Positions 38,605 through 50,165 of a stretch of 64,000 bases of DNA are shown here, piece after piece. The notes below the pieces were generated by a model. The model was not told the origin of the DNA. It saw only the letters and a list, made by a program, of their open reading frames with translations, and searched no databases. The translations under genes and the position numbers were made by a program. How positions within the stretch are numbered: the stretch's first letter is position 1; each line of letters opens with the position of its first letter. Source of the DNA: Oscillospiraceae bacterium (GTDB taxonomy: Bacteria; Bacillota; Clostridia; Oscillospirales; Oscillospiraceae); assembly GCA_022800215.1 (NCBI GenBank), contig JAAWPV010000001.1, positions 45,395 to 109,394 on the forward strand. Direction: 5' to 3'.

Positions 38605-40602
38605 TCATTTTACGCTTTGAGCATATCGGACGGCATCCTGTCCGGCAGTTTTACCGGAGACAAAACACCAGGAATGGGCTACGCCGCCATAGTCGATATA
38701 GCCGGTGTCTTTGGTGAAGAGAACGCCCATGGAGTTGGTGCCACAGGCATACAGACCGGGGATCACGTTACCTTTCGTATCCAGGACCTGGATATTTTCA
38801 TTGACATCCAAAGCGCCATTGGTAGAGTAGCAGTAAGCCCGGGCCTTGATTGCGTAGTAGTGGGCGCTGTTTTCATGGAGAGGGATCAGCAGGCTGGGAT
38901 CTTTGCCGAATTCCTTGTCCTCGCCGGCGGCGCAAGCGGCATTGTAAGTCGCGCAGGTGTCCACCAGGTCGGTTATGCCTAACTGCTTTTGCAGGTCCTC
39001 CAGGCTGTCACCCCGGAAGAGTGTACCCGCTGCCAGGGCACCTTCGATCACGATATCCAGGTCAGAGATGGGTTCCTCGGCGTTGAGCACATAGGCAAGG
39101 TTTCCGTGGGGATACCATGCAGGGTCGCTGAAGTCCTGGGTGTTCGTCATGAAGTACACCGAGTCCAGCCCCTCGTTTTTCACATGGTCCATGTACTCCT
39201 GGTCCACGATGGTATAGTAATACTCGCTGCCCGCTTTCCAGTAACTTTCGGCGGGGGTAAAGCCGCTGCCCTCATTGGTGAAGCGTTTGCCGCTTTCGTT
39301 GACGCAGAGCAGATCGGCAGAGTTGACTATGGAGGAGAGAACCTTATTATGGGAGGGGGCTACACCCTCCAGATGCAAAGTGGAGGCAGTTCGCCCGGCA
39401 TGGGCCATACCGGCGCTGTCCATGCTGTAAGTGCCGGCACCCAAATTGTCGATGGCATCGACAAGCAGTACGCCATCATTCTGATACATACCGTGGAGCC
39501 GAAGAGGATAGCCGAACATTTCCTTACACAGTTCGGCGTTGCCGCCGAAGCCGCCGGTGCAGAGGATGACGGCTGGGGCGTGGATCTCATAGGTGGTGCC
39601 GTCGTAGCGGATCGCCCGGATACCGGCAATCTTGCCGGAGGCATCGGTAAGGATCTCCGTGCCCTTGAGCTCCAGCATATACTGGTTTTTCTCGTTATAT
39701 TCATTGGCACGCTCCAATGCTTTTTGATACATTTGCCGTGGCGTTTGCTCAGCGGTCAGATAGAAGGACATGACGGGCAGGTCCGGGTAGGAAAAGGGAG
39801 AGGGAGCGGCAAAAGTAAAACCGTAATTTTCCACCAGCCAGTCTACCGCATCACCCGACTGACGGACGATCAGCTCCACACAGGCTCTCTTGGCTCCATC
39901 AGCGGTATCCTCCATCCAGCGGTCGATAAAGGCGTCCTCATCCACTGGGGTAATCGTTTCACCCATGGTAACAGGGAAGGTGGGATTGACATCCATAGGA
40001 CCGCTGGTGACTACGGAGGTACCGCCTACATTGGCTGCGGAATCTAAACCGAATACGGCCGCACCAGTTTCTGCTGCACTGAGATAGGCCGTCATACCGG
40101 AGCCCCCTAGACCGACCACGATCACATCGTAGCCGTCAATGCTGACTATATCAGATTTTTTCTCCACAGGGATGTACCAATCACTGGGCTTGCCGCCGGC
40201 GGCCTTGATAGCATCAGAAACGGCGGACTTAATACCGGCGGAGGAGAGGGTGGCACCAGTGATGGAGTCCACAGATAGACTCTGATGCTCCAAGATACGG
40301 GGGATCAGCTTGTCAATGACGGATTCGATGATACCGTCGTCGTACTCGGAGGACTCCCCGCCCCGATCAGTCACTTCAATGGCCTTGATCTTGCCGCCTT
40401 CAATGGTGACATCCACCGAGAAAGGCATGGAGTAGCTGTTGCCGTAGACCGTCTGGGAGTATACCCCATCCTTCAAAGTAGATGGGGATGCGGAAGGCTG
40501 GGTGCTTTCTGTGGAATTGGGGGACTCTTTGGGGGTGGACTGGCAGGCACATAGGCTAAAGGTCATGAGCAGGGCCAGAAGCAACGCGAGGTTTTTTTTC
40601 AT
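38605..40602 (-). CDS. Lipoprotein flavin reductase (FMN-binding + FAD_binding_2, flavocytochrome c/UrdA-like)
   Basis: Lipobox LCAC, flavinylation motif DSITGATLSS, DVIVVGLGGSG, VILCTGGFGGN, VN.SGKRF.NE, IPGLYACG. Confidence 0.85.
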   Translation of the reverse strand: MKKNLALLLALLMTFSLCACQSTPKESPNSTESTQPSASPSTLKDGVYSQTVYGNSYSMPFSVDVTIEGGKIKAIEVTDRGGESSEYDDGIIESVIDKLIPRILEHQSLSVDSITGATLSSAGIKSAVSDAIKAAGGKPSDWYIPVEKKSDIVSIDGYDVIVVGLGGSGMTAYLSAAETGAAVFGLDSAANVGGTSVVTSGPMDVNPTFPVTMGETITPVDEDAFIDRWMEDTADGAKRACVELIVRQSGDAVDWLVENYGFTFAAPSPFSYPDLPVMSFYLTAEQTPRQMYQKALERANEYNEKNQYMLELKGTEILTDASGKIAGIRAIRYDGTTYEIHAPAVILCTGGFGGNAELCKEMFGYPLRLHGMYQNDGVLLVDAIDNLGAGTYSMDSAGMAHAGRTASTLHLEGVAPSHNKVLSSIVNSADLLCVNESGKRFTNEGSGFTPAESYWKAGSEYYYTIVDQEYMDHVKNEGLDSVYFMTNTQDFSDPAWYPHGNLAYVLNAEEPISDLDIVIEGALAAGTLFRGDSLEDLQKQLGITDLVDTCATYNAACAAGEDKEFGKDPSLLIPLHENSAHYYAIKARAYCYSTNGALDVNENIQVLDTKGNVIPGLYACGTNSMGVLFTKDTGYIDYGGVAHSWCFVSGKTAGQDAVRYAQSVK

Positions 40603-41459
40603 TCTGATTTCTCCTTTTCGATTGTGTTATGAGATTTGGAGGTTTGGATGGGAAGAAAAACTTCCATATAAGAAATGGGGGCTTGAACATATTCAGGAAG
40701 GATACGGAGAATGGGATCGCCGGAGACCGCATAGTCCTGTGCGGCAAGCTGCTCCTGAACCTGGAAAAAGCGTGACGGCCAAGGAGCGTTGTTGTCTACG
40801 GTGCAGACAAAATGGCACACCTTATCCAGGCGAATGATCCGATCTGGCCGGGTGAAGAGCTCTGGCTCGTCCAGTAAGGGAATGTAATTCTCGTCGATCA
40901 GCGCACCGTAGAAGTCAGTGTTTTCCTCGGCCTCCTGGAAGATGGTGGCCTGGCCGGGAAGCACCGCAAAGAAAGAGAGGGGCAGGGCGGCAGTGAGAGC
41001 ACGGATGATTGGTTGACGGGTCTTATCGTTGATAGCATCGTCGTTACGAAACTGGAGATAGCAGTAAAAGGTACGACCAATGGTTTCGATGGAGAGAAAG
41101 TCCGGTTTGTTGAGGATGCGTTGAGAGAGGGCTTTGTACTCGTTGAGAGCGTCGTATTCACAGTTCAGACGGGCAATGTTCCGCTCAATCTCTTTCAAGC
41201 GGCCATTGAGAAGTGCAGGAAAGCCGGGTACGCTGATGGAACTGGCGGGCTCCAGTGTTTGCTCATAGGAAAGACCGCAGGCCCGAAGCAGACGAAAACG
41301 GGTTATTTGCGGTGAGCAGTCGATGCTGTAATATCGATAACCGTTTACCGGGTCCCGTTCCGGCACCAGGATTCCCCGGTCCTCAAAATAGCGCAGTGCG
41401 TCGGGGGAAACCCCCATCAGTTGGGCAAATTCTCCGATTCTGTAATATTGGCCATCCAT
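40599..41459 (-). CDS. MerR-family transcriptional regulator
   Basis: YRIGEFA..MGVS..ALRYFE..G…P.RD..NGYRYY; RBS gaggagg. Confidence 0.88.
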   Translation of the reverse strand: MDGQYYRIGEFAQLMGVSPDALRYFEDRGILVPERDPVNGYRYYSIDCSPQITRFRLLRACGLSYEQTLEPASSISVPGFPALLNGRLKEIERNIARLNCEYDALNEYKALSQRILNKPDFLSIETIGRTFYCYLQFRNDDAINDKTRQPIIRALTAALPLSFFAVLPGQATIFQEAEENTDFYGALIDENYIPLLDEPELFTRPDRIIRLDKVCHFVCTVDNNAPWPSRFFQVQEQLAAQDYAVSGDPILRILPEYVQAPISYMEVFLPIQTSKSHNTIEKEKSE

Positions 41460-41478
41460 AAAATACCTCCTCACTTAA

Positions 41479-41509
41479 AGTATAAAAGCTTGGTGCGCTC
41501 CAATGTCAA
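41479..41509 (-). promoter_or_regulatory. MerR-type promoter (19-bp spacer with dyad)
   Basis: Minus strand TTGACA-ttggagcgcaccaagcttt-TATACT; dyad ttgg.gcgc.ccaa. Confidence 0.8.
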
Positions 41510-41518
41510 GCTAAATGG

Positions 41519-41548
41519 AAAAAGGCGGTACACACTTGGCGTACCGCC
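41519..41548 (-). terminator. prfC terminator
   Basis: ggcggtac/gtaccgcc hairpin with T run on the minus strand. Confidence 0.65.
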
Positions 41549-41562
41549 CAAAGGGTATATAT

Positions 41563-43161
<1,599 letters not shown>

Positions 43162-43297
43162 GGGTGATCCCTCCTGTTATTAGATACGTTTTGTTATATA
43201 ATAGTAAAATATTACATTGGGGATACCCCTTTTTGAAAGATTTGGCAGGGTTATTATACTGTATTTCCATGGGATTGTAAACCTTGGAAAATTTTTC

Positions 43298-43328
43298 TTG
43301 ACTTTGCCACTGTGATAAGGTGTAGGAT
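43298..43328 (+). promoter_or_regulatory. MerR-type promoter (19-bp spacer)
   Basis: TTGACT-19 nt with imperfect dyad-TAGGAT upstream of the MerR gene. Confidence 0.6.
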
Positions 43329-43371
43329 ATCCACAGGAACCGGTTCCCAACAAAAATGAAGGAGGGATGTC

Positions 43372-44163
43372 ATGCTGACCATCGGTGAATTTTCCCGGCT
43401 GGGCCGGGTGTCGAGCCGGATGCTGCGGCATTATGACGCGCTGGGGCTTCTCTGCCCGGAGGCGGTGGGGGAGAACGGCTACCGATACTACCGTCAGGAG
43501 CAGTTGACCCTGCTTTTGGAGATCCAGCGGCTCCAAAAATACGGCTTTCGCCTCTCTGAGGTGGGGGAGCTTCTCTCCCTCACCGAAGAGGAGCTCTTAC
43601 CCCGGCTCCACCGCCGCCGTCTGGACACCCACTATGAGATCCACTTGATGCAGGAGCGGCTGCGGGAGCTGGAAGCAGACATCCTCCGAATGGAGGGAAG
43701 ACCCATGCCAGAAGAGAAGTACCATGTGATCCTTATGCCCGACCCTGAACAGACCGTGTTCGGCATCCGCCGCATTACCCCGGTCAGCCAGTTCCATGAC
43801 CTTTTTCAGGAGCTGCGCCGGGAGATCGCACGGCGGGGGCTCAAGCAGACCGGCGCCATCCAGATGCTTTACCACAGCGAGGAGTTCGACTATGAGGGGG
43901 CTGATGTGGAGGTCCAGGCTGTGGTGGAGCCCGGCCCCGGCACCACGGTAAAGCCTGCCTATGCCGCCTGCGCCGCCGTCACCCACAGGGGCCCCTATGA
44001 CGGCCTGCCCAGCGCCTACGAGGCCCTGGCGGCCTGGATGGCCGCTCACCCGGAGTACCGGATCTGCGGGCCCGCCATCGACCGGTATTTGAACGACCCG
44101 GACACCACCCCTCCCGAGGAGCTGGCCACAGGGGTTTTGTTCCCGGTGGAGATGATCGGGTAA
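43372..44163 (+). CDS. MerR-family regulator with GyrI-like effector domain
   Basis: LTIGEFSRL..VS.RMLRHYD..GLL; C-terminal HRGPYD.L..AY..L..W. Confidence 0.9.
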   Translation: MLTIGEFSRLGRVSSRMLRHYDALGLLCPEAVGENGYRYYRQEQLTLLLEIQRLQKYGFRLSEVGELLSLTEEELLPRLHRRRLDTHYEIHLMQERLRELEADILRMEGRPMPEEKYHVILMPDPEQTVFGIRRITPVSQFHDLFQELRREIARRGLKQTGAIQMLYHSEEFDYEGADVEVQAVVEPGPGTTVKPAYAACAAVTHRGPYDGLPSAYEALAAWMAAHPEYRICGPAIDRYLNDPDTTPPEELATGVLFPVEMIG

Positions 44164-44209
44164 TAAGGGCAAAAAGCACAACGCCGGCATTGCCGGCGTT
44201 GTGCTTATA

Positions 44210-46966
44210 TTATCCCAAGATCTCCTCCAGGGTATCCAGCAGCAGGCCCACGTCGATGGGCTTGGCGATGTGGCCGTTCATCCCGTGGCGGAGCGCCTCC
44301 CGCTTGTCCTCCTCGAAGGCGTTGGCCGTCATGGCGATGATGGGGATGGCGGAGAGGACGTGGTCGGGGAGGCTGCGGATGGTTTCGGCGGCCTGATAGC
44401 CGTTCATCACGGGCATCTGAATGTCCATGAGCACCAGTTGGAAATGGCCTGGTCCGGCGGCGGTCAGCTTCTCCACCGCTACCTGACCGTTCTCGGCCAC
44501 CTCCACGGTGAAGCCCGCCTCCTCCAGGATGGCCACGGCGATCTCCTGGTTCAGTTCATTGTCCTCGGTGAGGAGAATGCGGCCGGTGTGCCGGTGCTCC
44601 TCATCGGCCCGGCGCCGGTGGGGCACCAGGAGCTGGTCGGTCTCCTCGGCGCTGCAGAGCCGGAGAGGAAGCAGCACAGTGACCGTGGTGCCTGCCCCCT
44701 GCTGGCTCTCCACCTGGATGGTGCCCTTCATCATGTCCACGATGTTTTTGGTGATGGCCATGCCCAGGCCGGTGCCCCGGATGCCGCTGATGGTGGAGTT
44801 GCGCTCCCGCTCGAAGGGCTCAAAGATATGGCCGATGAACTCGGGACTCATGCCGATGCCGTCGTCCTTCACCTGGAACTGATAGTTGGCCCAGCCCGCC
44901 CGGATGTTGGGCTTCTCCACCAGGGAGACCTGGATATGCCCGCTGGCGGGGGTGTATTTGATGGCATTGCCCACCAGATTCAGAAGGATCTGGTTGAGAC
45001 GCAGTTTGTCACAGAAAACCTCTTTGTCCGTAAGGTCCAATGCGTCGACTTGCAGCTCGAGCTGCTTGGCTTGGGCCTCCATCTGTACGATGCTCCGGAG
45101 CCCGCCCAGGACCTCGGGCAGGCTGCAAGGCTTTTCGTCCAGATGGATCTTGCCGCTTTCGATGTGGCTCATGTCCAGAATATCGTTGATGAGACTCAGC
45201 AGATGGCTCCCGGAGGTCATGATCTTACCCAGGTAGGCCTCCACCTGCTCCTTGTTGTCGATATGGCTGGTGGCCAAGGTGGTGAAGCCGATGATGGCGT
45301 TCATGGGGGTGCGGATGTCGTGGGACATGTTGGACAGGAAGGTGGTCTTGGCCTGGTTGGCCCGGTTGGCCTGCTGAAGGGCGTCCTCCAGAAGGCTCTT
45401 CTTTTCCATTTCGCTGCGGGTTTCGTCGTCTACGCTGCGGAAGCCCAGCACCACGCCCCGACCCTGGTCCCAGGAACCTGCCCGGACAGCTTTCATCTGG
45501 AAGTAGCGCATAGTCTTCCCACAGAGGGTCCGGTAGTTGGCGTAGCAGATACCCTTTTCCTCCAGAGCCTCGGCCAGATGGTCCCGGGAGATGGCCTGAC
45601 GTAGCATCTCCTTGTCTTCGGAATAGACGCACTGGTCGATATACTGCTCCAGACTTCCCGGCATCGCGGGCTGGGAAAAGATCTCGTCCAGCACCTCATA
45701 GGGGCAGTTGTTAATCCGCAGGGCGGTACCCGTGCCGGAGTCCAGGTCGAAATAGCACACCAGGTTGTAGTCGGTGCTGAGGGCGTGAATGAGCTCCATG
45801 TGGTAGCGCTCCTTCTCCGCCCGCTCCAGGCTCTCCTGCTCCTTCTGCTCGGTGCAGTCCAACAGGAACCGCTGGTAGAGGAGCTCCCCGTTCTCCCGCA
45901 GCAGCTTGACGCTGCCCATGATATGCAGGAGGGCGCCGTCGGTGTGGCGCACCCGGTACTCTACACTGACGCTGTCCCCCTCCTTTTGAAGGCCCAGGAT
46001 GGCCTGGCGCAGGAGGGGCTTATCCTCGGCTAACACCGAGTTGGCCACCGTGTCAAACCCGTCTGCCAGCAGCTCTTCCTTGGAGCCGTAGCCCAGGATC
46101 TGCAGAGCGGCCTGGTTGACGCTGTAAATACGGGACCCGTCCAGGCTGTGGCGCATGACGCCGCAGTCCAGGGTGGTGAAAATGGTCTCCAGGGTTTGGT
46201 TTTTCTTAATGATTTCCTGCTCGTAGGTACGCTCCTGGGTGATGTCAATGGCCACGCCTACGGTGCCCATGACCGTCCCGTCCCAGTCGTAGAGGGGGGA
46301 TTTATAGGTGGTGAGGAGCCTTGTGCCGCCGCCGGTCATAATGGTTTCCTCGGAGACGCAGGTGGAGCGGCTCTCCATGACGATGCGCTCCGATTCGATG
46401 CAGGCGGGGTCGTCCTGCTCCACATCCCAGATGTAGGCGTGGCCCCGACCCTGGACCTGCTCCTTGGTCTTGTTCACCGTCTTGCAGAAGCTGTCATTGA
46501 CCTTCTCGTGAATGCCGTCCCGGGTCTTGAACCAAATGAGGCTGGGACTGTGGTCGATGACGGCCTCCAGGAACTGGGTGTTCTCCCAGGCCTCCATGCG
46601 GGCCTTGAAGGTTTGCTGCCAGCGGAGGAAACGGAACCGAAGCTCTGCCTCCGTCATGGGCAGGGGCCAGATGTCCTTCACCCGATCTGCCTGCTCCAAA
46701 AGGGTGGGGAGCTGCTCCGGACCGGCCAGGAGGATGAGTTCTGCATCTTGGGGCAGGTGGGGGAGGAGCCCGGCAAGGACCTTGGACCCGTCGGCGCCCT
46801 GAAGATCGGCAAAGACCACGTCCGCCTGTTCCAACAGCGCCTTTTGGGGTTCTGCGCTCTCCAAAAAGGCGTGGGTGAAGGACTCCAGCGGCGGCATGGT
46901 TTTGGCGGCGTCAAAACAGCCGGGCTGCTGGCTGATGAGGTAAAAACGAATATGACAATGATACAT
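44210..46966 (-). CDS. Hybrid PAS sensor histidine kinase / response regulator
   Basis: PAS domains, H-box FLSNMSHDIRTPMNAI, N-box NLVGNAIKYT, G-boxes, C-terminal receiver LMDIQMP…KP. Confidence 0.92.
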   Translation of the reverse strand: MYHCHIRFYLISQQPGCFDAAKTMPPLESFTHAFLESAEPQKALLEQADVVFADLQGADGSKVLAGLLPHLPQDAELILLAGPEQLPTLLEQADRVKDIWPLPMTEAELRFRFLRWQQTFKARMEAWENTQFLEAVIDHSPSLIWFKTRDGIHEKVNDSFCKTVNKTKEQVQGRGHAYIWDVEQDDPACIESERIVMESRSTCVSEETIMTGGGTRLLTTYKSPLYDWDGTVMGTVGVAIDITQERTYEQEIIKKNQTLETIFTTLDCGVMRHSLDGSRIYSVNQAALQILGYGSKEELLADGFDTVANSVLAEDKPLLRQAILGLQKEGDSVSVEYRVRHTDGALLHIMGSVKLLRENGELLYQRFLLDCTEQKEQESLERAEKERYHMELIHALSTDYNLVCYFDLDSGTGTALRINNCPYEVLDEIFSQPAMPGSLEQYIDQCVYSEDKEMLRQAISRDHLAEALEEKGICYANYRTLCGKTMRYFQMKAVRAGSWDQGRGVVLGFRSVDDETRSEMEKKSLLEDALQQANRANQAKTTFLSNMSHDIRTPMNAIIGFTTLATSHIDNKEQVEAYLGKIMTSGSHLLSLINDILDMSHIESGKIHLDEKPCSLPEVLGGLRSIVQMEAQAKQLELQVDALDLTDKEVFCDKLRLNQILLNLVGNAIKYTPASGHIQVSLVEKPNIRAGWANYQFQVKDDGIGMSPEFIGHIFEPFERERNSTISGIRGTGLGMAITKNIVDMMKGTIQVESQQGAGTTVTVLLPLRLCSAEETDQLLVPHRRRADEEHRHTGRILLTEDNELNQEIAVAILEEAGFTVEVAENGQVAVEKLTAAGPGHFQLVLMDIQMPVMNGYQAAETIRSLPDHVLSAIPIIAMTANAFEEDKREALRHGMNGHIAKPIDVGLLLDTLEEILG

Positions 46967-47023
46967 ATGTCTGCCCCCCTGCCTGATTTTACAGATTTAA
47001 CCTCTGGTAGGAAAAAGAACAGC

Positions 47024-47467
47024 TCACTGCTTTTGCCGAAAGGCAAAGAATTTCTGGCCAAAGTAGTTGAAGATCACGAACAGTCCGGAGCCGGCCAGCA
47101 TGGTCAGGTTGCCCTGGAGCTGCTCGCTCAGGTTCATGCCGCCCAGCACCCATTTTACTGCCGGCTTAGCCAAGCCATAGGCCAGCAGGTAACACAGGGA
47201 GATGCTGAGAATGAATCGAAGAACTACCCCGGCTCCTTTCTCCTGATTTTGGAAGGTGAAGTTCTTGTTCAGGAAAAAGCTGACGATACTGCCGACCACA
47301 TAGTTGGCGGCGGAGGAGATCCAAAAGCCCAGATCTCCCCAGGTGTGGAGACCGGCCAGATTATAGAGGCCGAACATGACCCCGTAGCCCACCAGAGTGT
47401 TGATAACGCCAACCGCCAGAAACTTCAGAAAACTTTTGTCAAAGAGCTTGCAAAATAATTCCTTCAT
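47024..47467 (-). CDS. GtrA-family flippase-like protein
   Basis: KF.AVGVINTLV, SFFLNK.FTF, NY.GQKFFAF; ATGA overlap with the upstream gene. Confidence 0.88.
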   Translation of the reverse strand: MKELFCKLFDKSFLKFLAVGVINTLVGYGVMFGLYNLAGLHTWGDLGFWISSAANYVVGSIVSFFLNKNFTFQNQEKGAGVVLRFILSISLCYLLAYGLAKPAVKWVLGGMNLSEQLQGNLTMLAGSGLFVIFNYFGQKFFAFRQKQ

Positions 47468-48399
47468 GCTTTCGTCTGCTTTCCGCACCGCTCTGCCACG
47501 ATGAACCGGGGCCGGTGCTTGATCTCGTCATAGATTTTTGCAATATAATGGCCGATAATGCCCAAGCTTATCATGATAACACCGCCGATAAAAAGCTGAA
47601 CAATGATGACGGTGGTGAACCCTTCCAGGGCGAGACCCATGAACTTTTTTGCCAGAGTCTGAATGCCCATGACTACGGAGATGAGCAGGGTGAGCCCGCC
47701 CAGCCAAGTGACGAACTGCATGGGGGCGGTAGAAAAGGAAGTGATGTTGTTGACGGCATACTTAATGAGGGATAACACCGACCACTTGGAAACGCCCTGG
47801 GTGCGCTCTTCTACCTGGAAAGGAACCTGGGCGGTGGTGAAGCCGACCCAGGCGGATAAGGCGCGGTAGAAGGTGTTGCGCTCCGGAAGCTCCAAAAGAG
47901 CGTCCACTGCCTGGCGGTCCAGCAGCTTGAAATCGGAGCTTTTGGCCATGTCGATGTTGGTGGCGCCTGAGATCAGCCCATAAAAGCACTTGGCGCAAAG
48001 CCGGTACAGGGGATTTTCCTTTCCCCGGTCGGCCTTCACCGCCTCCACCACCTGGGCGCCGCCCTGCCACAGCCGGACCATTTCCGGAATATACTCCGGC
48101 GGATGCTGAAGGTCGCAGTCCATGGTGATGCAGCAATCGCCGGCAGCCTCGGCGAGCCCGGCGAAAAGGGCGGACTCCTTGCCAAAGTTTCGGGAGAAGG
48201 AGGCACCCCGCACCCGGTCATTCTTCTGAGCTTCCCGGCAGATGGCCTGCCAGGTGCCGTCCCGGGAGCCGTCGTTGACAAAGATCAGCTCGAAAGGGAT
48301 GCCCGCTCCATCCAGCACGGAGGAGATACGCTCTACGGCGGGGGAGATGGCATCCTGTTCATTGAAAGCGGGAAGGACCACAGAGACCAGTTTATCCAT
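47464..48399 (-). CDS. GT2 polyprenol-phosphate glycosyltransferase (GtrB-like)
   Basis: SVVLPAFNE, VNDGSRD, SRNFGKE, MDCDLQHPP, two C-terminal TMs. Confidence 0.92.
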   Translation of the reverse strand: MDKLVSVVLPAFNEQDAISPAVERISSVLDGAGIPFELIFVNDGSRDGTWQAICREAQKNDRVRGASFSRNFGKESALFAGLAEAAGDCCITMDCDLQHPPEYIPEMVRLWQGGAQVVEAVKADRGKENPLYRLCAKCFYGLISGATNIDMAKSSDFKLLDRQAVDALLELPERNTFYRALSAWVGFTTAQVPFQVEERTQGVSKWSVLSLIKYAVNNITSFSTAPMQFVTWLGGLTLLISVVMGIQTLAKKFMGLALEGFTTVIIVQLFIGGVIMISLGIIGHYIAKIYDEIKHRPRFIVAERCGKQTKA

Positions 48400-49756
48400 T
48401 GCCGGCTTCCTCCTGCGTACTGTGAATGGCGTCCAGGCCGTGGAACAGAGCAATGGACGTGTTGGGCCACTGGGCGCTGTCCAGCCCGAGATCGCCTTCC
48501 GGCGGATAGCAGTTGTATTTGCTGTGGCCTGTGATGGGTGCCAGCGTAAGTTCCCGTTTCCCTTGCTCCAGAGCCGTCTGAATTTGAACTTCCCTGGCAC
48601 TGTATTGGCGGTGGGTCAGGGAAAGGTCCTGAAAGGCCTGGGAGTAGGTGAATATTACCGCCGCCAGGGTCAGAACGCAGACCGCTTGGGGCAGAGGTTT
48701 GGGCAGCTTCAAATCGGCACAGAGCGCCGCTGTGTTGCCCACGGTGACCAGGGTGAAGGCCACGATGCAGCTCCAGGCCCGGTCCGGGAACTGGGGAGAG
48801 AGGACCATGGAGTAGGCGGAAGCCAGGCTGCCCATCAGAAACACCATTGTAGGCAGCCAGCGCCGCCACTGAGTCCGCAGGGAGCCCAGGCCGTCCGTTT
48901 TGAGCCGCCAGCCCACAAAGAAGAGAAACAGCAGGGCGGGCAGCCACAGGTATTTTCTCGCACAGAGCGTAATGGAGATCCCCCGCTGCAGCCACAGCTG
49001 GAAGGTCCCGAGTCCGCCGGAGCCGGACAGCCGGGTGGATTGCCCGGGGGCCAGAAGCATCAGGGCAAGTCCGGCCAGATTACCCACAAGTCCGGTGAGC
49101 ATCCAAAGCCGCAGAGGCCGTCCCATCAGGCGGCAGGCGAGAAAGAAGCAGACCATCATAACAAGAAGGGCGGCGGAAGCGTTCTCTTGGCTCCAGCCGG
49201 CCAACAAGCCGAGAGGAAGAAAAAGAACGGCCCGGAGCCAACCTCCCGGGGCGTTGCTTTCCAGTGCCCGGCGGAAGGGAACAAGGTAAAGCAGAATGAT
49301 GAGTACGCTGTAAAGGTAAGTGCCCGAGGCGGTAAGCCACAGGAAGTCCTGGCCGAAGGCGGGGGTCACAAACCAAAGCCCGCCCAGGGCGAAGAAAAAC
49401 AGAAGGGGAGAAAAGGACCGCTTCCCCGTCATCAGCGCCTGCATGGCCCAGCCCATCAAAAGAAAAGCGCCGGTATTGATACAGTTGAATACCGGCTTGC
49501 CCAGCAGCAGGAACAGTTGGGCAAGGGCATGGGCCACGGCCCTTCCGTTCATAATGTGATAGTGGACATATTGGGACATGAAAAATTCCGATAAACTGGC
49601 GATACGGGGGTGGTCCGGTGTATAGAGAAAAGAGTAATAGTAAGTAAAATCATCCGCATAGAAGGGGGTCAGCACATTCAGAAGAAAAAAGCCCACGGCA
49701 ACGGCCGCCAGCACCAGCAGAAACGGCAGCCGCTTTTTGACATCAGACATGAGCAT
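48392..49756 (-). CDS. DUF6056-like polytopic membrane protein (putative GT-C transferase)
   Basis: TP.YADDF.Y, NGR, W..AS..YL, GWSQEN, APG..R motifs; multi-TM; first gene of a gtr-like triad. Confidence 0.7.
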   Translation of the reverse strand: MLMSDVKKRLPFLLVLAAVAVGFFLLNVLTPFYADDFTYYYSFLYTPDHPRIASLSEFFMSQYVHYHIMNGRAVAHALAQLFLLLGKPVFNCINTGAFLLMGWAMQALMTGKRSFSPLLFFFALGGLWFVTPAFGQDFLWLTASGTYLYSVLIILLYLVPFRRALESNAPGGWLRAVLFLPLGLLAGWSQENASAALLVMMVCFFLACRLMGRPLRLWMLTGLVGNLAGLALMLLAPGQSTRLSGSGGLGTFQLWLQRGISITLCARKYLWLPALLFLFFVGWRLKTDGLGSLRTQWRRWLPTMVFLMGSLASAYSMVLSPQFPDRAWSCIVAFTLVTVGNTAALCADLKLPKPLPQAVCVLTLAAVIFTYSQAFQDLSLTHRQYSAREVQIQTALEQGKRELTLAPITGHSKYNCYPPEGDLGLDSAQWPNTSIALFHGLDAIHSTQEEAGNG

Positions 49757-49770
49757 GTACCCCCCCTCCC

Positions 49771-49806
49771 AAAAAAGATACCAGAATACATTTTGTATTC
49801 TGGTAT
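49771..49806 (-). terminator. Terminator after tRNA-Arg
   Basis: ataccagaataca/tgtattctggtat IR followed by ctttttt on the minus strand. Confidence 0.75.
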
Positions 49807-49837
49807 GAGTATTTTACCGATTGTTTTGCTGGTATTT

Positions 49838-49914
49838 TGGCACCCACGAGACGATTCGAACGTCCGACCTGCCGCTTAGGAGGCGGCTGCTCTATCCTGC
49901 TGAGCTACGTGGGC
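49838..49914 (-). tRNA. tRNA-Arg(CCT)
   Basis: Minus-strand cloverleaf gcccacgtagctcagcaggatagagca…gccgc-ctCCTaa-gcggc…gttcgaatc…gtgggtgcca. Confidence 0.95.
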
Positions 49915-50165
49915 ATATGGGATATATTGTTGCAACTTTACCAGGAAATACTTAGTTATTATACCGCAAAGAGCGCGGCTTTGTCAACGGGAACTTGCCG
50001 GGGGCCTGCAAGTGAGCGGTGGGGAAAAATAGGCCTTGCCTTTCTTGCACTACATATGTATAATAAGTCATGAAAAACTTCCCTGTTCGGCCGTTTTCAC
50101 GGTTACCAATGGGTAACTTGTTTTTGGGCCGTATCACATTCAACCCCTTAAAGGAGGAAACTGTC

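Noticed and set aside
43165-43290. Riboswitch or T-box in the leaders of prfC, liv, azlC or the FMN lipoprotein
   Set aside because: No recognisable aptamer or T-box consensus by eye; an Rfam search would be needed to exclude
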